Shown here in pieces: positions 63,969 through 64,000 of a DNA stretch of 64,000 nucleotides. The stretch lies in contig CM022671.1 of NCBI GenBank assembly GCA_012295275.1, positions 25,110,001 through 25,174,000 of the forward strand, given 5' to 3'. The notes below the pieces were generated by a model. The model saw only the letters and a list, made by a program, of their open reading frames with translations, ran no database searches and was not told the origin of the DNA. The translations under genes and the position numbers were made by a program. This DNA is from Chrysomallon squamiferum (lineage: Eukaryota > Animalia > Mollusca). Numbering within the stretch: position 1 is the first letter of the stretch; each line of letters begins with the position of its first letter.

Positions 63969-64000
63969 TAATAATAAATAATTAAAAATAATAATAAAAT

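Overview
This is AT-rich, microsatellite-laden animal DNA, not prokaryotic. It is probably a lophotrochozoan, most likely a gastropod mollusc (inference from gene content and repeats). Most of the ORF track is simple-repeat noise; the real genes are spliced and were rebuilt by hand from GT-AG boundaries. Left to right: (1) a minus-strand secreted protein with 3 chitin-binding (CBM14) and at least 13 EGF domains, built from phase-1 exons including nine 6-15 nt microexons and running off the left edge; (2) a divergent small secreted two-CBM14 protein; (3) a WSCD-family Golgi sulfotransferase lacking WSC domains; (4) an intronless orphan with a CaaX box; (5) a hAT-type MITE; (6) an intronless, divergent HSF-domain gene; (7) a compact housekeeping block FN3KRP(-)/SETD6(+)/RANBP1(-)/TRMT2A(+) with two bidirectional promoters. 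One RANBP1 intron holds four intact and one decayed U43/SNORD43-type box C/D snoRNAs, predicted to guide 2'-O-methylation of the small-subunit rRNA decoding-site C. A TRMT2A intron holds a dead Tc1/mariner. The strongest leads are the single-intron snoRNA cluster, the microexon-linker gene, the RANBP1/TRMT2A head-to-head pair (as in mammals), the HSF with a remodelled recognition helix, and the CaaX orphan. All exon calls are manual and lack RNA support.
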